This document shows positions 55,601-64,000 of a DNA stretch of 64,000 nucleotides, in pieces. The translations under genes and the position numbers were made by a program. Source of the stretch: Ptychomitrium polyphyllum (Eukaryota). The notes beneath the pieces are model-generated. The model saw only the letters and a program-made list of their open reading frames with translations. It ran no database searches and had not been told where the DNA came from. The stretch spans positions 15,996,001-16,060,000 of the forward strand of contig OZ316776.1 in the NCBI GenBank assembly GCA_973851085.1. The letters run 5' to 3'. How positions within the stretch are numbered: position 1 is the stretch's first letter; the number at the start of each line of letters is the position of its first letter.

Positions 55601-58600
55601 AAAAAAAAAGCGCGGCCCCAATTTTGCTTCCTTTCCAATTCCATGCCTTGATTTTGTCCATCATTGGTAGGGGTGACCATGATGCTCCAAAGGCAGAAGG
55701 AGGGAGGTGGGACCCACCACACCAACAAGGAATTACTGCTCATTGCCTATTGGATTGGGCTACAGTTTCTAATGTGTGCTTGTCTTGTAGCTTTTGACTT
55801 TGGTAATACACTTTAACTATCATGAGTTTGAATATGGAACTTTTGAGTTGTTTATATGTTGTGGCATGGTAAGAGAAACACTCCATAGAGTACATGGTGT
55901 GCTGGTGCAGCAGGCCGGACTTGGGTGTCAAAGTTCCACCACAAGTTTCATATCAAACTTGCATAATTCCAATCAGAAGTAAACTTATACTATGAAACTG
56001 GATTTCATCTTGGAAAAATTTGAGTTCATGCTTCATGATGTAGGTTATATCACGCACTTTACATGGCCTCCTATAGTACTAATAAGAAGTGTGTAAATGT
56101 AATTATTATATGTAAGATCTACATTGCATTCTAGAACTAAAGCTATGGCTCTTTTTTAGTGGAATCTACATTGTTCATTCAAATCTAAAATTATTGGCTT
56201 CTTGTTAGGCATTATTCAACAAGTTATAAATTTTATTTCTAAATTCATTCCTAAATGGGAGGCCACCCTTGTATTTGTTCTAAGATGTTATGTACAAGGT
56301 CATTTTTTTTCAACATCATTCAAAACAAAAATATCAAATTTGATGGTTGCAAAACATAGTCTACATTGTGTTTAAGGATAAGCTCTAGCAAGCTAGGCTT
56401 TACACCACTGTGGGCTATGGAATCTGTGACATTGTTGATAATAGAAGAGCATTTTTGTAATTTTTTCCAATCCTAAGTAAACCAACAAAGGACAAAATTC
56501 ATGTACATTGCTTGACAAATGTAACTGATACTAATGTAGAAACTTAGCATAGAATCAAGTCATCTTTTTGCAATTGTATCTAATGATATGTAATTATTTT
56601 TACTATATACTTATTGTTTTATTTATTTTGTAGTCGTTTTTTGTATATTAATTTAGGTTTCTTAAGAATATTCTTGAACACATGGACACAGATTTGCAGC
56701 TTTTTTTATTTTTTATTTTTTATTTTCATATACCTCTTGAAATAAATAACTTATAGAACCAAAATCACTTAAACCTTTTGTTGATTTTGACACTGCTCAA
56801 TATTGTCAGTTATGGGCATATGGGAACCCCAAAACTAGTACTGAACTCAAAGAACTGTGTGCAGTACAATTGTTTAGGGAGCATGTGGCAAGCTGTAACA
56901 AAGATCAAAGGGTGCATGTGAAAATGGACAATTTATGTTTTGAGTGTATTTTGAAAGGGTAGGAATGTAGAGGTATTTCCCTTTTAATGAAGGATCATTG
57001 TCCAATCACCATATAACGAAGATTTTGTTTGAAAAAAATATTATTAAAATGAAAGTGTTTATACAAAAGAAAAAGAATGAATTTGGGAGGATATTTTTAA
57101 GCACTATCAATTTAACTTGGCCATATAAATTATATAAAAAATAGGAACTTAAATTCTTTATAAAGACAAGTCTTTTCTAAACCTATTAAGTGGAGATATA
57201 TATATATATATATCAATCATGAGATTTAGAGGTCAATTACACTCATTTATTTTAAAATGCCATATTGTCTTATGCTTAATGAGTATTTTTATCAATTATT
57301 TTTGTAAAAAAAATTCTATTTAAATAACAACAATATCTTTAATTTTTGTAAAACATTTCATTGTAAATAAGAAATTAAAGAATAGATTTATAATTATTCT
57401 AAAAGATGAAGTCAATCTCCTAATAACACCAAACCATATAACAATAATAAGTTTTTAATTTTTTGTAGTTTTGAAAGTATCCACATGATAAACAGCTTAT
57501 GGTACAATCATAAGATTTAACATTTTCAATCATACATATGGTTTTTATTTGCTAAAGAATATAAAAATTTCTATCTTTAAATTTATTATTGTCTTAAGCT
57601 TTGATTAATGTCAATATGAGGGAAATCAAATTGAAGTTTATTACTATCTAAAATACAAGTATCATGAAAAGTGTAACATTTTTATTCCAAGAAATCAAAA
57701 CTCTATTAATATATTTGAGGGCTATATTTAAAAATTACAATAAATTTCATTTATGATTTATTGATTATTTTATGAAATAATTTCCTACTCAAACTACAAA
57801 GTACTATATGTATATTACTATACGTACTTATAATAAGCTTAATTTAAGTGACACGATTAAAATTAAATTTTGATAGATATTGTATTAATTTAACTGCTTG
57901 TTTCTAACTTTCTCTTCGATACTATATATTTCATGAATACCATGTTGTAAAGCATATGCCTTCTTTTCACATTATTTAATTACTTGCACTGAATTGAGTA
58001 TGAATTGTGACACATGTGGACAAAATATTTTAAATCTTTTGGAACCTAAGCAATTACTTTGCAAGTGCAAAAATGAGTCCAGACTTAAAACTCTTAGACG
58101 AATTAAAAAGAAAGTGTAAAAATACAAGGTTCAAATTTTTCTTTGATATTTTGTGCATTCAACATGGTTGTAATGTAGATTGCTAAGTATCTAATGTAAC
58201 CATTTATATATGTTTATTGTTGGTTCAAGTATACAATTAAGTTGATATTTACATGATATTTATATGTTGTTTTATTTATATTAATTATGATAGTTGAAAT
58301 TTAATTATTGTGTTTGTAAATGAGAAAACTTGGTAGTAGAAGTTAAGATATGGACAAGTAGAACAACAACCATAAGAAAATTGAGGCTTTTCATGTGTTT
58401 AATTAAAGAGAGTTATTATTAAATCAAATGTAGGAGCAAATTATTAAAACAAATGAATTTTTAATTATTTTTGACAAAATGTGAAGATTTCTCATTCAAT
58501 CATATGTAATTTTTTTTATTGGATCAAATAGATGGTGGCTTTTATAAGGCTATTTTTGAGCTATGGATATATGATAAAATGATTAAGAACTAGGAAAGAA

Positions 58601-61600
58601 CATTGTTTGTATTGATAAACATTTGAAATGGATTTAAGAAGTACAAAGATGTTTTCTAAGGAATAAGCGTAATAGAAAGTATTTAGAAGGTGCTGAAATG
58701 TATTACATGCATTTAATTTTATAAGATCTATTATGAAAAATTAAGTTAACAAAATTTAAATTATACATTTTGAATTGTTGTGCAAGATTGATGAAATTTT
58801 TCAAGATTAGATTTTTTAATCTATATCTTTGATGATGTTCAATAACAATGTGCAAAATTTGAAGACTTGATTCTTGCTTACGTGGAGGTATAAAGCATTA
58901 AAGTGAAAGGAATTTTAAAACTAAAGCAACTAAGAAGTGAATCTCAAGGAGTTGATTCTTTGAGAATATAATAGCTATGGCTACAAAACTTTAAAATAAA
59001 ATTTTATTGCTCTAAATTAAATTTTTTTAATTTTTTTAAATGCATAGGATGTGTGAGTTGGAAGACATGCATATAAAGTAACCGGGTTTTAGAAGTAGTG
59101 TTGGGATTTGAAGTCACTTGGAGATAGACACCAAAGGCTTGCTCAAGGCATTTCTACTAGTGAAATTGGTATGAAATTTCTTGACTGGGTATAAAACTAG
59201 CATGTAAAGTTTCAAAAGAAGAATATAAGGAGGTTGTGATCTACATGGAGGTGTAGTCTACTGGATTAGAGTTGGAACATTGTCTTGAATAGTGATTTGA
59301 GCTCCCACACAAGAATTTGAACAAAACAAAGGGCTCTTACTATATCATAAGAAGAAAACTCCATGCTTCCTAGACAAACACACACTTCCTGACAATGCCA
59401 CAAGCTGCACTCAATTCCAACAATAGTATTTTCCTCAAATATGTGAAATCTAGTGTTCTCCCTCGATATAGCATACAGATGCAAAAAGAATTAGCGAGAA
59501 TTGTTTATTAGAATGTGTGCATGGCATATGAACTGATTGACTTGATTTGCGTGCAAACAGGTTATGAGCTTTATTTCATTTGTACAGTTTCTCATGGATG
59601 AGTTTCAGAAAGATTGAACACATGTTATTTTGGGAGAGTTGAGGAAAACTGCTTGAAAGTAGGATGGTACACTGTATGATACAAGTTCCTAAATCACTTT
59701 AGCATTATATTGGTGAATATGCTTCATGAGTTGTTGATTGCAAAAACACAATCCTGAACTTAGTCACTGCCTCACTACAAAACACTTCCCTAATGCATGT
59801 TATACTCTGAAATTTGCATTGTTGGATTTGTTTTAAAATTTTCCCACATCTTGTTTTGTATCTTGACTTGAGTCTTCTACAACTGAATATGAAAATTCAA
59901 TGACCTATTGCAGTAGAAAGTACAAGTGCCTCAAATATGAGGAATATCTACTTCACCTCAAAAAGAGGCTGCTCTTGAACTGGACATGCCTCTTGTATCA
60001 TCCCCAAACTTTTTATTTGGTAACATCATAATGAATGATCATTAACAATCCTAGAATTTTTGGGCAAGAGTCCATAGTCCCTGGACAGCCATTACACTGT
60101 ACACTAGGTGATTGTTGTGGAGGGCTGAGGTAGAGGTGCGCTGTCATAGTCACATGTGATCAGCCACATTACCTACCCAGGAATGCTTGTGATTTCCATT
60201 TGGACTCAAGCTCCCATACTTTAGCCGCATTAGATTGAAGCTATTAGAATGAGGTGCATGCCTGGTATCCCAATATTCAAATGCATACATGCATAAACAC
60301 AGAAAAGGCAGAATAGCCATTAACCATTACAATAATGAATGCATCCATATGCTCACTTTGTATGAAATATAAATAAATTTTGGTGAAAAGAAAATTAGCT
60401 TTGAAGTTCAATGCAAATGAAATCAAATTCAATTTTTTTTTATAGAATTTGAATTGGATATGAATTTCCAAAAGCTATATTTGTAAAAGGTCAACAACCA
60501 CGTGCAGGTTTCCTCCAAAAATATCAAAACAAGTTATTAATAACCGCTATTCAATCCTTATATGGTTACCTTGATCACATTCAAAATCTACCATGCACTG
60601 AGTCTATTTTTGCCATAGTTTTGTCTCATTGCTACCATGTAACTAAGTATTTGTTACCACCACCTTTCACTACTTTCACCCAATTCTAGTGTTTTTTTTC
60701 CATTATCAATTCTTTTAAAGCCAACAACCACCATTTCAAAATTCCATAATCATCAACAATTACTTAATTTATAAGACACTTTCTACCTTAAAATATGCAT
60801 TCTTCTATGCATTTTTCACTATATTCCATCTTTAATTGTATAAAATATTAAATATAAGTTTATTCTACTTATAAATTATAGCTATGAAAAGCTAGTCCAT
60901 AAAAAACAATAACAATAATCAAGTGGTAGTTGTTATTGTTACTACTAATCTATGAATTTTAACACATATTGTGGCTTTGAGCCACCAAATCAACTTTTCA
61001 ACATCAATTAGGACCTAAGTGTTAATTTAAGACCACCTTGGCACCACAACATTCTTCTATGTACAAAACTCATATGCCACTTGAATGGATACATTGATTA
61101 TCAATAAGAATGCAAATTAAATTTATTTTACAATTCATTATAAATACTATCAACTTATTACTACACTATAGTACTGAATTAGAATCTTTACCAATTATAC
61201 CAATATACTATAATAACAAAACATATTTTGTTATTAATTTATTTTTAAAAATGTTTTTATTTAGGTCCTAAAAAATATCTTCATAAAATATTGCCAAATA
61301 GGTATAAAGTGTTTCAAAAAATGAATAGGTGTCTTTAATGCCAATGTCATGAATTATACCTTAATAATTATCTTAAAAATAGTACTCTAATAATGTTTTA
61401 AAAGTCGCCTTAATCAACCATCATTATTGGAAGTGTACCTTTCAAGATAGCCTTATGAGAAGTTGATCACAATTTACTCTCCCTTTTTATTTGCACCAGG
61501 AGATACATGACAGCAGAGACATGCTTGACAGAGTACTGCAGTGCAGCTGCAATTAATTTTGTCACCAACTACAGCTCCAGAGACACAGTATGGGAAAGGA

Positions 61601-64000
61601 CATTGCTACTGGTAACTTACATGGTGCAGTGCAAGTGAGTGCACAACTCATAGGATGGGCTGCTTTGTGTCACTTTCACATGTGGTGGCCTCCGGATCAA
61701 CCGGGGATCAATCGGTAGGGAACATGATAGAGTACCAAGTCCTAACCATGGATATCCACATCATCCCCACCGTAAGGTAGAGGACATCATTTACAATTAT
61801 TTAAGCTTTTTAGCAGATGTACTATGAAAATGCAGAAAAATGAAGACATTTCCTTGTTCTGTGAAGGAGTAAAGAAAATAAGTGCTTAGAAGCTAGGGAA
61901 TGTAAAAATTAAAAACCAATCAATGGAATGGTTCCATATTTCCAATGAATCTATAGTAAAAAATAAAGTTGTGTTCATGTTGATATGGTTTTTATGAATG
62001 ATTAGAATCACAGTTTTAATATTTTTTTTGTTACAGCCGATGCTAAAAATATTGTAGCCTATTTATTCTCTCTGAAATGAATTTTCAGGATCAACAGTTC
62101 AATTTTCGAAAAAGTAAACTTTGTAATTTGATGAATAAATTTGTGAATAAAAAATAGTAAAAGTAATGAGAAATGAATTTTGTTTGTTTTTTAGCCATTT
62201 TTCTCATTGAGAATTTTAGATATTTTTAGAGCTGCTTCTGTAGCTACCTATAACTTTGTTGGATGTACACAATAAAAAGCCACCACTTTGTCCTTTTATA
62301 TTCTATGTATAACTAGTAGAACGGAATGGGACAAAATTACATCACAAAGTTTTAAAATAAATAAATAAAAATAAACATACATACATATGAAATTTCAATT
62401 GCAATCTTTCTAAAGTTTACATGATCTTTTAAAGAAATATTTTAATTCTAATTCTATATAGTAAAGAATCCTTCAAACAAATTTGATTTCTACAAAATAA
62501 TATAAGTTGCTACATGAATTTATGAGAAAAGTAGAAAGAGAATTGTGCAAATAATTAAACAAAAGTCTAAAATAAAATTTGTTAAAACTATTTAATAAAC
62601 AAAAAAATCAAACAAAAGTTTGAAATGTAGCAATATTCTTTGCACTATATTCTTTTCATGTTCCTTTCAATAACTTAGCTCTATACTTGCAGTAAATGAC
62701 TAAAATAATAATATTTCTTAGCAATAATTGAAAATGTTGGGGTCCTAAGTTGGACACATCTAAGGAATCCAAGCACCCATTCCAGATATAATGTGTGTGC
62801 TGCATTCATTTTAGTTTGAGTGTTTACAATGTTCAATGGCTATTAATATTTGAGCAGACTGAAAGGGCCTAGGTACATGCCCAAGTATGAAAAAAGTCTT
62901 TATTCAGACCAGTCCCTTGAGGATCAGAGTTCTTCTTCTGAGCTTTTAGAAAGCTTATTGGTTGTTGCCATTGAACCAACACCTCATCATTATCTGGCAA
63001 TGTTGTCCCCCAATCCTTTTTCTCCCACTGCAATCCAGACTAGCTTCACCTCTAATTTTTAGGTATAAGGTAAATCTTTGAAGTTGGCTCTGCAGACAGC
63101 CAGCTTCAGAACAATTTTGGAGAAATTTTTAAATAGTTTTGTCTGAGACTTATGTCTGCAGTATCAGCTGAAAGTTCAATTCTCTTTGGGCAGTGTCAAG
63201 AGGGTGTTGGATCACATTCTGGTTATGCAAGGACATGGTTGATGTGGAGAATATCAGGGGGTCAGGAGGAGGGCAGATCCAGCATGTGGGAATGGCATGT
63301 GACATCCCCTGAGAGGGGCAAATCTTACATGTGCCATCCTCAGTCTGGATTTAACAGAGTACCCTAGCTGCTACACCATCATGGCTTTCACCATAAACAG
63401 GCAGTCTGCAGATTGTGGAGTGTGAGTCAAGGAACTTCAGCACAACTCATGTTACAGTCATATGATGACCACTATAACAATAATTCTGATAGAAACAACT
63501 CTGATGCAGAGCTCAAACAAATGCTCAACCAACCAACCTGCTAATTAATCATCACCTGCACACAGCTTGGTAAAAAAATGACCAATGACCATAGAGCTTC
63601 CAGCAGTATCAAGCCTGGCTTGGAACTTACAAAGTAGGGAGATTTTCCTTCCAGGATTTAGCGTCCCTGGGCAGCTCACTCATGAGCCACTGAATTAAAA
63701 AAATCAAATTCTTGTATGTGTTACAGTCCCTGGCCAATAATCATTTCTGGATCATAGTCTCATTGTAACTGAAGGTCACAGCTGTCTTTGAAGTACTTGG
63801 AAGAGGCAGACAGGCCATTGATGGTATTGGAGCCTCGTCTCAGTTAAATCATGCCAGCTTATTAAGCAAGTCCTCAACATGTTGGGACCAATGGAGATGG
63901 TCAACAGCGCCAGCTTGAATGCAGTTGGGTACAAGACAAATGCAACAAACCCTTCATAGAAAATAAAGAAAAACAAAGAGACAGATGATTTCCATTTAAC

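Noticed and set aside
58100..59000. Possible eroded DNA-transposon (hAT-like) coding remnant
   Set aside because: Only a vague impression; no contiguous motif or terminal repeats found by eye. Needs TBLASTN.
60970..61100. Minus-strand MSFVHRRML...FGG resembling Pif1/Helitron helicase motifs
   Set aside because: Walker B acidic residues and the following GDxxQLPPV are absent; likely chance.
53000..64000. Short ORFs in the distal AT-rich region
   Set aside because: No recognisable domains or consistent exon chain.

Overview
Eukaryotic, land-plant DNA with spliceosomal introns, probably a moss (inferred from gene content and a Tcn1-like chromovirus). 1-10.4 kb: a GC-rich island with a coiled-coil GIL1/IRKI-type gene whose C-terminus resembles the GrpE beta-domain, followed by two intronless HSPA12-like Hsp70 paralogues with duplicated 3' flanks. 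11.8-28.8 kb: a nest of Ty3/gypsy chromovirus copies, including one full-length but stop-riddled element. That element shows a Tf1-type self-priming signature, a -1 frameshift pseudoknot and a possible third ORF. 31.4-37.5 kb: an 8-exon GH9 endoglucanase with a probable GC-AG intron. 39.8-41.2 kb: a decayed paralogue of the GIL1/IRKI-type gene. 43.3-44.3 kb: a probable secreted jacalin-like lectin. 45.9-49.7 kb: an IQD gene with a 48-bp coding minisatellite. 53-64 kb: mostly AT-rich sequence with no gene I can support. The best candidate for a new system is the clustered GrpE-like plus atypical Hsp70 module. All alignments and gene models were made by eye; no searches were run.
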